From Fibrobacteria bacterium (GTDB taxonomy: Bacteria; Fibrobacterota; Fibrobacteria; UBA11236): a stretch of DNA of 64,000 bases. A program made the translations under genes and the position numbers. The notes below the pieces were generated by a model that ran no database searches, was not told where the DNA came from, and worked only from the letters and a program-made list of their open reading frames with translations. Shown one piece after another: positions 48,656 to 58,242 of this stretch (the first letter of the stretch is position 1; each line of letters begins with the position of its first letter). The stretch lies in contig JAYTSD010000045.1 in NCBI GenBank assembly GCA_043745805.1, positions 134,081-198,080 of the forward strand. The letters are read 5' to 3'.

Positions 48656-51600
48656 CTAGACTTTGTCCCCACTTTGTCCTTTGAAAATTCGGTAAACCAT
48701 AGGAAGCCCGAATAAAAGAAAAATGCTGGAGGTGGAAAATCCACCGATGACGGCGATGGCGAGTGGTTGTTGCATTTGCGCTCCAGCTCCTAGACCCAAA
48801 GATAGCGGCAAGAGGGCGCAGACGGCTGCGAGCATGGTCATTAGGATGGGCCTTGAGCGATGGAGGATGGCATGAGTAATCGCATTGTCCCAGCTTTCTC
48901 CCGATTCACGGTTGAGATGAATGGCATGCAAAATAAAGACCGCATTTTCTGCGACGATGCCGATGATTAAAATTAATCCTACAAAGCTGGATACATTGAA
49001 GCTTACGCCCGTTAGGCGCAAAGCACCGAGAACGCCGATAAGGGAAAGCGCATTGATAATCAAAATAGCAGTTGGCGCAGCGAATTCGCGAAACTGAATT
49101 AATAGAATGGCGAAGACGAGTAATAAAGCAGCGATGGAGACGATGAGAAGGCCGCGAAAACTTTCTTGTTGATTTTGATAGAGTCCGCCATATTCCAGAC
49201 TAATACCTTGGGGCAAGGCGATTTCTCTTTTTAAAAGATTTTGAATTTCATGTATGGTGCTACCGAGATCACGTCCTTCAATCCTCGCCGTGACAGCCAC
49301 AACTGGTCTGAGACTTTCCCGATTCCATTCCGATTGCCCTTCGGTGACCTCGAAGTTAGCAATATTTTTAAGCGGAATACTTTGACCTTGAGAATTGATG
49401 AGGATGGCACTTTTAATTTTTTCTATATCGCTTCGATAAGCATCGGGATAGCGTATGCGAATGGGAATCATTTTCCCCCCATTTTGAATCCATGAATCGG
49501 CCTTTCCATTTTGCATGGTGGTTAAAATATCTTCCGCTTCTCCTGAGGCAAATCCCGCCAATGCTGCTTTTTGATTATCAATATGGACTAGAAAGGATGG
49601 GCCTGAAATCACTATTCCATTAAATACATCGACGACGCCCGTTACTTTTTCAATCCGCGTTTTAATTTCTTTGGCAAGAGTTTGTAGTTGATCTCGATTT
49701 TCTCCGAAGAGTTTTATTTCGATGGGAGAAGGATTATTGGATAAATCACCGATGACATCGGCCATTAACTGTCCAAAGTCCACGCGCAAAGCTGGCAATG
49801 AAGATTCAATTTGATTACGCATATCACCGATTACCGCTTCAATATCTCGCTTGCGATTTTTTTTCAATTTCACGGTATAGTCGCCGCGATTTGGCTCGGT
49901 TAGAAAAAATCCAAGTTGAGTTCCCGTCCTTCGGGAATAGGCATCCACTTCGGGAAGGGCGACTAGCATTTTTTCAAGTTGTATGAGCATGCGATTGGTT
50001 TCCGCAAGGGAAGTACCTGGGGGGCTTTCATAGTCTATGACAAACGATCCCTCATCCATATCCGGTAAAAATCCCGTTGCCACATTTGTATAAAAATACC
50101 CAGTAACTGCTAAGATACCTAGGGAAATGGGAATGATTGCCCAGCGATAGATCAAAAGTTTTCGCACAGTTTTTTCGAGTGCCTGGTTTGCCCAGGAAGG
50201 TTCTTCTTCGCGTCTGCGTTCTTTATTAATGTCCTTGCCTCGTACAAGGATCAAGGCTAAAAGTGGTGTAAGTGTAATGGAGAAGAAAAAAGAAATGATC
50301 AAAGCAAAAACCATGGTGATGGAAAGCGGTGCAAAAAAACTTCCTGTCAATCCACCTAAAAATGCCATGGGAATATAAATCACCAAGGTGGTCGCGGTCG
50401 ATCCTAAAATCGCAGGCAACATTTCGCGAATGGATTTATCCGCCGCTTCAGAAAAGTTATTTAATCCATAGTTTGATTTTTTGGAAAATTGTGCAAAGGT
50501 ATATTCAATCACTACAATGGAATCGTCGATAATAAGTCCCACGGCGGCGGCAATACCACCCAAGGTCATGATATTGATTGTTTGACCCATTATTTTGAGG
50601 CAAGCGAAGGTGGCGGCTAAGGTAAAGGGAACGACCAAGGCAATGATTAAAGAAACGCGAAAACTTTTTAAGAAAAGGAATAGGATTAACATCGCTAAAC
50701 CGATGCCAATTAAAATGCAATCGCGAGTCGAGTCGATGGAACCGCGAATAAAATCGCCTTGGTCATAATAATTTTCGAGATGCACATCTCCGGGGAGTTT
50801 TAGATTTTGAATGCAGGTTTGTATTTGTTGACCAATTTCAACCGTACTGGCCTGCGGTTGTTTGAGCACGCTAATTAATACAGCATCCGTTCCATGGGCC
50901 GCGGTGCGAATTAAAAGATCCTTCACTGAAAGTTTTACAACCGCCACCGCTGAAATAGGAATGGCTCGCCCCCCTTTTACTGTGACAATAGTTTTTCCGA
51001 TTTCGGTCCAATCTTTTAATAATTCCGATGCAAGAGATAAATAAATTTGATAATGATCTTCGAGTAAACCAAAGGCGGAGATTTGATTTGACTTGGAAAT
51101 GGCTTCGGCTACTTGCGGAGCCGTGATTCCATAGCTTTGTAATTTTTCTGGATTGCATTCGACTAAGTATTCTCGGGTATGCCCACCGGTGACTTCGATT
51201 TTCGCGATGCCGGGAATGCGCATCAAAGCTGGCCTCACTTGATAATAAGCGAGGTCATGGAGCTCGACGGCATTTCTTTTTTCGGAGGTGAGGCTATACC
51301 CTTGAATGGGAAAAACGGAAACGGTCATTTGCTCCGCTTGCACGCTCGCATTTGCTGGCAAGGTATTGCGGATATCGGAAATCTTTCCTTGTAACGTTTG
51401 TAATGATTGTGTGATATTAGTTCCCCATTCCATGGAAATGGAAATCTCCGTGGAGCCGCGGCCCGTTACCGATCGAATTTTTTTCACACCTAGCAAAGAG
51501 CTGGATACTTCTTCAAGGGGTTGGGTCACTTCGGCCATCATGCGTTCAACGGGCTGTTCGCCATTATCGGCTAGAATAGTAATGCGGGGAAAGGTGATAT

Positions 51601-51724
51601 CGGGGAAAAGTGAAACCGGCATGCCCGATAAGGCGGCGATTCCAGATAAGGCCAAAAGGAAGGTAACGAATAAAAAGGCTTTAGCATGCCTCTTCAAAAA
51701 ATCCATATAGGAAAATTTTTTCAT
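48656..51724 (-). CDS. RND efflux permease (AcrB/CzcA family)
   Basis: 1022 aa; FPDITFP, GLIIDDSIVV, GIVAEN and RSRPILMT motifs. Confidence 0.93.
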   Translation of the reverse strand: MKKFSYMDFLKRHAKAFLFVTFLLALSGIAALSGMPVSLFPDITFPRITILADNGEQPVERMMAEVTQPLEEVSSSLLGVKKIRSVTGRGSTEISISMEWGTNITQSLQTLQGKISDIRNTLPANASVQAEQMTVSVFPIQGYSLTSEKRNAVELHDLAYYQVRPALMRIPGIAKIEVTGGHTREYLVECNPEKLQSYGITAPQVAEAISKSNQISAFGLLEDHYQIYLSLASELLKDWTEIGKTIVTVKGGRAIPISAVAVVKLSVKDLLIRTAAHGTDAVLISVLKQPQASTVEIGQQIQTCIQNLKLPGDVHLENYYDQGDFIRGSIDSTRDCILIGIGLAMLILFLFLKSFRVSLIIALVVPFTLAATFACLKIMGQTINIMTLGGIAAAVGLIIDDSIVVIEYTFAQFSKKSNYGLNNFSEAADKSIREMLPAILGSTATTLVIYIPMAFLGGLTGSFFAPLSITMVFALIISFFFSITLTPLLALILVRGKDINKERRREEEPSWANQALEKTVRKLLIYRWAIIPISLGILAVTGYFYTNVATGFLPDMDEGSFVIDYESPPGTSLAETNRMLIQLEKMLVALPEVDAYSRRTGTQLGFFLTEPNRGDYTVKLKKNRKRDIEAVIGDMRNQIESSLPALRVDFGQLMADVIGDLSNNPSPIEIKLFGENRDQLQTLAKEIKTRIEKVTGVVDVFNGIVISGPSFLVHIDNQKAALAGFASGEAEDILTTMQNGKADSWIQNGGKMIPIRIRYPDAYRSDIEKIKSAILINSQGQSIPLKNIANFEVTEGQSEWNRESLRPVVAVTARIEGRDLGSTIHEIQNLLKREIALPQGISLEYGGLYQNQQESFRGLLIVSIAALLLVFAILLIQFREFAAPTAILIINALSLIGVLGALRLTGVSFNVSSFVGLILIIGIVAENAVFILHAIHLNRESGESWDNAITHAILHRSRPILMTMLAAVCALLPLSLGLGAGAQMQQPLAIAVIGGFSTSSIFLLFGLPMVYRIFKGQSGDKV

Positions 51725-52800
51725 GGGATTATGCGAACCTGGGTAGAATCGGCTAAACCATATTGCCCCTCGGTAATTATTTTCAATCCGGCAACTAATC
51801 CTTCACCGGATATTTCTTGCATTTCTTTCGATTCAGGCATGTCCTTCTCTTCAAGATTTGCTTGTGTAGGTAACCTAGACATTACTCCCAATTTTATGGA
51901 ATGCCTATGCGCTAAAGAATCTGTCCCTATAGATAAAATGGTATAGGTCGCATCTTCATCGCTGCGAAGGATAGCCTTTTTGTTTACAAGGAAAACATTT
52001 TTCCGTTCGGCTAAAATTATTTTCGCTTCGCCTGGCAAATCCGCTTTCCAAATATTTTGACTTGAAATTGTGATCTGTTTCACAAACTGCAATCGAATAG
52101 AAAAAGTTTGACTCGTAAGATTGGCTTGAGGATTTAAGGAGGAAACTCTAGCAGCGAATTCTTGATTTGGAAGTGAAGGGAAGAAGAGCAAAGCGGGCAT
52201 TTGTTTTTTCACCTTGGAATTTTCCGTCAGCGGAATATCCGCTTGAAATTCTAAGGATGTGAGGTCAATGATTGTGAATAGGCTTTCATTTTCAAGGACG
52301 CGATCTCCAAGTTGAACATTACGAGAAGAAACGATGCCCGCAAATTTTGCCTTAATGGCGAGTGGGTTCAAAGTGGATTGAGCCAATTGGCGAGCACGCT
52401 CCGCGGCAATTTTATTCTCTTCTCCTTGAGCCTGATGCTCCAAGGTTTCGGCACCTAGGAGGATGGATTCACTTTCATGAGTTATCACCGTTGCCACGGT
52501 TTCACCCGCTCGCACCGTAGACCCTTCTTGCACATTTAAAGATTGGATGCGGCCAGCCAAAGGCGAGGTGATGATTTCTTTTTTAAGCGCCTCGGTATGT
52601 CCTAATACTTGTATCATGTCTTGCGCAGGCCCAAGAATTAAAGGCTCCACTTTAACTAAAACAATGGGTGAAGCACCTTTTGCTTCTTCTTCCCTCTCTT
52701 TATTTTCCTTCGGCTGGCAATCCATGAAAATTAGGGCGAGACTACTGATCAAAAATAAATTTCTGATGAAAGAAAAAAAGCTTATCAAAAAGGCCTCCAT
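51721..52800 (-). CDS. RND periplasmic adaptor (membrane fusion protein)
   Basis: ITSPLAGRI..V.EG, IKAKFAGIV and GLVAG.KII motifs. Confidence 0.9.
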   Translation of the reverse strand: MEAFLISFFSFIRNLFLISSLALIFMDCQPKENKEREEEAKGASPIVLVKVEPLILGPAQDMIQVLGHTEALKKEIITSPLAGRIQSLNVQEGSTVRAGETVATVITHESESILLGAETLEHQAQGEENKIAAERARQLAQSTLNPLAIKAKFAGIVSSRNVQLGDRVLENESLFTIIDLTSLEFQADIPLTENSKVKKQMPALLFFPSLPNQEFAARVSSLNPQANLTSQTFSIRLQFVKQITISSQNIWKADLPGEAKIILAERKNVFLVNKKAILRSDEDATYTILSIGTDSLAHRHSIKLGVMSRLPTQANLEEKDMPESKEMQEISGEGLVAGLKIITEGQYGLADSTQVRIIP

Positions 52801-52831
52801 CTAAATTTTGATTCTTAAAAATATTTTCGAT

Positions 52832-54103
52832 TTATTTGGAAAGATTCAGCCGATGAATTTTTGCCAAAGTGATTTTTAATTCCGTTTGACTTTTAATTAA
52901 GTCCAATTCATTATCCAGCCAAAGTCGATGGGCTTCAAGCACCTCGGAGGCGAGGCCCATGCCCCCGGCATATTTCGCCTTGGTAAGCAAAAAATTATCC
53001 CAAGCAAGTGAAAGGTTTTGGTGAAGATTTTCGCACCGTGCTCGCGAACTCTGCCATTGCAATAAAAGTTTTTTCCATTCGCTAAAATGGGAGCGGCTAT
53101 AGGTTTCCTTTCTTAGACTCGACATTTCCAATTCCATTTTTTTTTGTTTTGTATGTATTCCAGTGAGACCCCAAGCATAAAGAGGTAGGTCAAGATGTAA
53201 ACCTAAGGAAGCGCCCCACATATTCGCTCGATTAGCAGATGAGGCTTGCAGATTTTCCCAAGAGGTGAGAAGACCCATATCGCCAGCCAGCGAAAGCGTT
53301 GGTTTCAATTCCGCTTTTTCTAAGTCGGCAGCTAGTTGAATGCTTTGGAGATCTAATTCAGCCAATTCAAGCTCGGGATTTTTTTGAACTGCATCGACAA
53401 GAAATTCATCCGGTGCCGTCTCCTTTAAATCGCCTTTAATCGATAGGGTATCTTCTAGGTTACTACCCATTAATTCGGCAAGGGTATATTGGGCTGCGCG
53501 TCTTTCAGATAAAGTGGCCTTGGATTCCGATTCTGCAGCCGAGTATTGCAAGCGCGTTTTTAAGACATCGGTATAATTCGATTGGCCAGCTGCATGCATT
53601 TGCGTAACTAGATTTAAATATTCTCCCAATTGATTTTCTCCATGAGTTTTAATCTTCGCTTCTGCTGTTAATCTCAATAGATCAATAAAGGCAATCTCAA
53701 CCTCAAAAAGCAAATCTCCGCGCGAAAGTTTTCCTTCGAGTTGACTTCGTTTAAACTCCAATTCCATTTGCTCGATTTTTATTTTCCTCTTTCCACCATC
53801 ATAAATTGGCTGCTCGACAACTATTTGGCTTCCCACTAAGCCGCCATTAGTTAAGGCAGGATCATATCCAAAATGTTTAGTGATGGGCGCATATTCGACG
53901 CTGCCTTTGAAATTAATTTGCGGATAACTTTGTCTATTGGCTTCTTGTAGCGCAAGATCCGCGGCCTCTAATGATTTGCTAGAAAGAATTCGGCGCGGAT
54001 GATTGGCTTCGGCGCGTTTTAAGCAATCGGATAAAGCAAGCGAATCTTGGGCATTAATGGTCGGCATTAAAATGAAAAAAAGTAAACCAAAAAGGAAATT
54101 CAT
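52832..54103 (-). CDS. TolC family outer-membrane efflux protein
   Basis: Signal peptide from MNFLFG (54103); QPIYDGG, LPLY and YAGG.G...EVLEA motifs. Confidence 0.88.
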   Translation of the reverse strand: MNFLFGLLFFILMPTINAQDSLALSDCLKRAEANHPRRILSSKSLEAADLALQEANRQSYPQINFKGSVEYAPITKHFGYDPALTNGGLVGSQIVVEQPIYDGGKRKIKIEQMELEFKRSQLEGKLSRGDLLFEVEIAFIDLLRLTAEAKIKTHGENQLGEYLNLVTQMHAAGQSNYTDVLKTRLQYSAAESESKATLSERRAAQYTLAELMGSNLEDTLSIKGDLKETAPDEFLVDAVQKNPELELAELDLQSIQLAADLEKAELKPTLSLAGDMGLLTSWENLQASSANRANMWGASLGLHLDLPLYAWGLTGIHTKQKKMELEMSSLRKETYSRSHFSEWKKLLLQWQSSRARCENLHQNLSLAWDNFLLTKAKYAGGMGLASEVLEAHRLWLDNELDLIKSQTELKITLAKIHRLNLSK

Positions 54104-54589
54104 ATTTCTCAAAGTTAGAAACCCCAAATCAATCCAGATGAACTTCCCCGGTTTAGTAGTCAGAAAGTTTGCAAATGGACATTGGGGATACCCGGAATCC
54201 GGAAATGTTTCCATGGATCGTCCGAGGTATACTCATGAGATTCTGTTTTTGGGCGATGGCCGGGCAATGGCAACTCGTACCGAAAAGAAAACCAAGACTA
54301 CTGTAATCATTATGATTGACTGGAACTTTCATCCAACGGTGTGAACCAAAGGTTAAAACTCATGTCATTCACGGGTTTTAGCAATTAGGCAGGCCGAGTT
54401 CTCCATTTCAATCTTTTAGTAAACCCTTTTCCGCAAAAGACAAAGCCCTACAATGATGTACGAAGGAGACATACGATGGAATATGTCTCCTAACAGGGTG
54501 TTGAAAAAGTCTTTTCGATCCCCTGAAAATAGGGTTGAAATGGTGAATGTCTTGGAAAACTTGGATTTCTCGTCCCGGGCATCTTGGAA

Positions 54590-55100
54590 GATGATTTATT
54601 CCCGGGTAAGCTCTATAAATTCCGGTATATTCCAGAGTAATGAAAGCTCACGGTCAGGCCCCCACTTTTTAATTTCGGCGATCGCACCGTCATTCTGTTC
54701 CTCCATATATCGAGCCGGATCCTGGATCATATGTGCCTTCGCCTAGCTAGGTCTCAAAACATTTATTGAGTTTTCATAGAGGGTGGTGCCTAGCCCGTTA
54801 TGGACCACCGGATTTCTTGGGTTGACCGCCAGAGAGGCCCGATAGAATTTTATCGCTGAGTCAGTAAATCCGGAATAGCGATACAAGTCCCCCATTCCCG
54901 CAAGTGCTTTTTCGTTTTGAGGGTTTTGTGCCAGCACACGTCGATAGGAGGAGAAGGCACCTGAATAATCACTTCGTTTTAATCACTTCGTTTTTTCAAC
55001 TGATCGCCCTGCTGCACTATTAAATTATCGGTCTCCAAATCTTGGACAGGTTTGGTAACTGTTGGGTTTGAGTTCTCTGTTTTGACTGCTTTCGATAATT
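54590..55100 (-). pseudogene. TPR-repeat protein, fragmented
   Basis: TPR helices (ALAGMGDLY..AIKFYRASLAVNP..VHNGLG); frame broken by a 14-bp tandem duplication AATCACTTCGTTTT at 54967-54994 and by further shifts. Confidence 0.6.
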
Positions 55101-55341
55101 GGCACGCTGGCATTATATTATTTCTGGCACCACCCACCTTTGACTCGAAGAAGCAGTTTTTTCCCTCAATTTATAATATATCTCTTCGAGTATTCCAGAC
55201 TCTTAATAGCTCGGTATTCAAACTGTTACGCAGATAGCTGGATGGTGTTCTAATATGCTTAGAAATTATTTTCATCGTGATGGCAAAGTTGCCCAATCCC
55301 TTGTTAAGTTTTCTCTGGGGTGGGTACACTTTTGACGATCA

Positions 55342-55410
55342 AGGGGAAAAAGCGACTCGAATGCTCGACCTTCTCCTTAACAAGGGCTGCTCTCCGAGGA
55401 GTAAACACGA
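55342..55410 (-). pseudogene. decayed tRNA-Gly-like sequence
   Basis: Reverse complement ..TTTACTCCTCGGAGAGCAGCCCTTGTTAAGGAGAAGGTCGAGCATTCGAGTCGCTT..; anticodon and acceptor stem are mutated. Confidence 0.55.
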
Positions 55411-55438
55411 TGTTGTTCTACGTGCGAATTTTATTCTT

Positions 55439-55702
55439 AAAACCAAAAAACTCCTCATGACTGAGAAGTTTTTTGGAGCGGGTTAAGCGACTCGAACGCT
55501 CGACCTTCTCCTTGGCAAGAAGCTCATAAGGTTTTGCCACCTTTTCTAAAAATCACTGTAACTCATTTAAAATCAAGTATTTAAGCTTGATTTTATTGTG
55601 TTGTATTTTTTGGTTTATACTCCGAAATACTACCACTTCCTACGTAAATGGGTACACATGTGGGTACACTCCGCAATCAACCCGGGCGCTCTAAGCAGGC
55701 GC
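55439..55702 (-). repeat. att-like repeat copy 2 containing an intact 3' half of tRNA-Gly(GCC) with CCA (55474-55519) and TGGGTACAC direct repeats
   Basis: Reverse complement CTTGCCAAGGAGAAGGTCGAGCGTTCGAGTCGCTTAACCCGCTCCA; TGGGTACAC at 55649 and 55661 (also at 55321). Confidence 0.85.
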
Positions 55703-55934
55703 TAAAGGTACTGTTTGAAAAGAGGTCTTTTCCTAAGGCTAGTCCTTACCCTTTAATCTTTGTTAAGGCTTTTAAACCGCCAAATTAAGGGGGTATAATA
55801 GGAGGAAATTTATTTTCGTTTTAACGACTACGAATATTTATTTTAGTTCTGTAGTATTCACAAAAAAATTAGCAGAACGAAGTATAGAGTCAACTTTTTT
55901 CGACCCTCTAAAAAGTTGACTATTATGGAGGACG

Positions 55935-57098
55935 ATGAAACGAATGAATTTTGTGGCTGTAAGATTATTTTCATTAGTATCACTTTTAACTATGTCATCC
56001 TATTTTATTTCATGGGGGCAAGGACCTGCGCGTGGTTATGTCGATACGATTTCATTATGGACTTCAAAAACTATTTCTGTTTGCTGGGAAAATTTTGAAC
56101 CAGAGTTTTTTGTAGAACGAGGATGGGTGCAGGCACAAATATCTAGCACATGGGAGATAAATTCCGAACTTATTTTTAAAGGATGGGGTAAGTGCAATAG
56201 TCTTGATAAAGGAATAAGAATTCGGATTCAAGATAGCGAAACTGAAGCTCCAAATGTAGCGGTCCTTGGAAAAGGGTTAGACGGTAGGGTAGGAGGGATG
56301 GCTCTTAATTTTAAATTTGCTAATTGGACTGGTGTAGTTGATAGCACGGGGAAATTTGTATCTCCCGGTTGTGCAGCTACAAAAGAATACTGTATTCGTT
56401 CAATTGCTACCCATGAATTTGGGCATGCATTGGGTTTCGCACATGAACAAAATCGACCAGATAAGCCTTCAAGCTGTAAAGAGCCTGCTCAAGGGGCTAA
56501 TGGAACTGTGCTGGTGGGTGCTTGGGATAGTGCTTCAGTTATGAATTATTGCAATACGAATTGGAATGGTGGAGGCAAACTTAGCCCTATTGATATTCAA
56601 ACGGTACAACAATTTTATGGAACTCCTGGCCTAACGAAAATCGAGGAAGGAATTGTTTATCGACATCCGAGTGGAGCGATTATAATTTATTTGCAAGATG
56701 TTTCTGGTGCTCACTCTCAATCCCGTCCAATTATTCCTACTGGCGGTTTTTATTATGAGATTCGAGGTTTGATTGGATCAACACTAAAAATTAAATATCA
56801 GCTTAGGGGTCCGGCTTCATCGTCTTCAGCGAATATTTTCGGTTATCATTACATGTTTGGCTCAGGTCTTGTCGGTACAGTTTTAACTTCAGGATCGTGT
56901 ATACGTAGCTTGGGGTCTTCTAGAGTTGATTGCTTAGAAGAAAGTGTTACGCCGAAAGAAATTATAACTGGTGTTCGCTCCGCAATGGGTGGAAATGTTA
57001 TGATAGGAGGGTATGTTGATCACACATCTGCAGATCAAACAGGACAGGTAGTTTATTGGAGAGCAAATGGCTGGCTTCCGGCTTATGGAGCTTATTGA
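55935..57098 (+). CDS. secreted metzincin zinc metalloprotease (M12/M10-like)
   Basis: Signal peptide; HEFGHALGFAHEQ zinc motif; Met-turn SVMNYC; GGAGG RBS. Confidence 0.85.
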   Translation: MKRMNFVAVRLFSLVSLLTMSSYFISWGQGPARGYVDTISLWTSKTISVCWENFEPEFFVERGWVQAQISSTWEINSELIFKGWGKCNSLDKGIRIRIQDSETEAPNVAVLGKGLDGRVGGMALNFKFANWTGVVDSTGKFVSPGCAATKEYCIRSIATHEFGHALGFAHEQNRPDKPSSCKEPAQGANGTVLVGAWDSASVMNYCNTNWNGGGKLSPIDIQTVQQFYGTPGLTKIEEGIVYRHPSGAIIIYLQDVSGAHSQSRPIIPTGGFYYEIRGLIGSTLKIKYQLRGPASSSSANIFGYHYMFGSGLVGTVLTSGSCIRSLGSSRVDCLEESVTPKEIITGVRSAMGGNVMIGGYVDHTSADQTGQVVYWRANGWLPAYGAY

Positions 57099-57146
57099 TT
57101 AAATAAGAGCTTAGAAAATTTAATAATTCCCTTTGAGTGCATTTAT

Positions 57147-57191
57147 CTCTTAATCAGCGGGTCGAAGGTTCAATCCCTTCAGTACCCATCA
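57147..57191 (+). repeat. 3' half of tRNA-Lys(CTT) (att-like)
   Basis: CTCTTAATCAGCGGGTCGAAGGTTCAATCCCTTCAGTACCCATCA; no 5' half upstream. Confidence 0.75.
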
Positions 57192-57456
57192 GCTTTCCTC
57201 AGTAAAATTGCTGAATTTTGTAAGAATAAGTGATTTTTCTGAGAAAGTAATTTTGGTGGATTCGTTTCAAATACTCCGAAATACCCCCTCTTCCTATCAT
57301 AAAGTGGATACCTTCTCAACTAAACTCTAACCGGGTATCCTGGGCGGATAGTTTCGGTTTCCGAGTTTCTAAAATTGTTGTGGGTTTAAGTTCCTAGATC
57401 TGGATGTGACTTTATTTCCTGCCTCTTCTATCAAGCTATTTTTACTTCGTTCAATA

Positions 57457-58221
57457 TTAGAGCTCTTTGCTCTCTACTCCGTCCAAGCTTTCCACAAGTT
57501 TTTGCGCATAAGTAAAAGAAAATTTTTTTAAGGTTTTTTCATCAAAATAAAACAACCACACAATCATTAATAAATTTGAAATGACTAGACTAGCAATTGC
57601 AGTTCCGGGAAAATGAGATATTTTAGTCAAGTCAAAAAAGGTTCGTTGGAAAATCAACACATTTTCATGAATGAGTATCCAAAAAATGGATAAAAGACAT
57701 GAAATACAGCCAAGGTATTTGATACCTAGCATATTTCTGTGAAATCCGTATGCCACATTCTCTTTAAATAAGAGAGAAAACTTTACTTTATCGCGAGTTT
57801 TTCCTATAAGCCATGCTATTGCGGCCCTATAGCTTTCGTCAGCTAATATTGGATTTTCTCGTTCTTGAGCTTCTGAAGGCATTTTGATTCTCGAAGAGGT
57901 TTTAATAATTGCATGAAATCGTTTTTTTGTTACTGTGTCAATCCTCGAGTCATTGTGCCTTAGAATTATTGTTGACGGTTTCGCCCCCAATTTCAAATAA
58001 AATTTTTCTTCTACTGACTTACCTAATCCACGAATAATGTTTCCTAAAAAATACGCTCCACCGCAGCTGACAAATAGAGTTAATGGAACTGACTGTGTCG
58101 AGTTTTTTGAACCGTAACTGCTTATAAACGCTAGGATAGGTGGCATTAGCAAGATAAGCCCTGGTATTACTCTCGCTTTCCATTCATATGGATCTCTAAT
58201 ACGTTCGAATAAGTCGGTCAT
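57457..58221 (-). CDS. membrane protein (about 4 TM), candidate defence effector
   Basis: Two N-terminal and two C-terminal hydrophobic helices around a soluble domain (RIDTVTK.RFH, EN.AYGF.RN); directly downstream of the WYL gene. Confidence 0.65.
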   Translation of the reverse strand: MTDLFERIRDPYEWKARVIPGLILLMPPILAFISSYGSKNSTQSVPLTLFVSCGGAYFLGNIIRGLGKSVEEKFYLKLGAKPSTIILRHNDSRIDTVTKKRFHAIIKTSSRIKMPSEAQERENPILADESYRAAIAWLIGKTRDKVKFSLLFKENVAYGFHRNMLGIKYLGCISCLLSIFWILIHENVLIFQRTFFDLTKISHFPGTAIASLVISNLLMIVWLFYFDEKTLKKFSFTYAQKLVESLDGVESKEL

Positions 58222-58242
58222 TTTGTTTTCCTGATTGAACAC

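Noticed and set aside
47621..57191. Functional tRNA-Gly or tRNA-Lys genes
   Set aside because: All copies lack or have mutated 5' halves and cannot form cloverleaves; they are treated as att-like relics.
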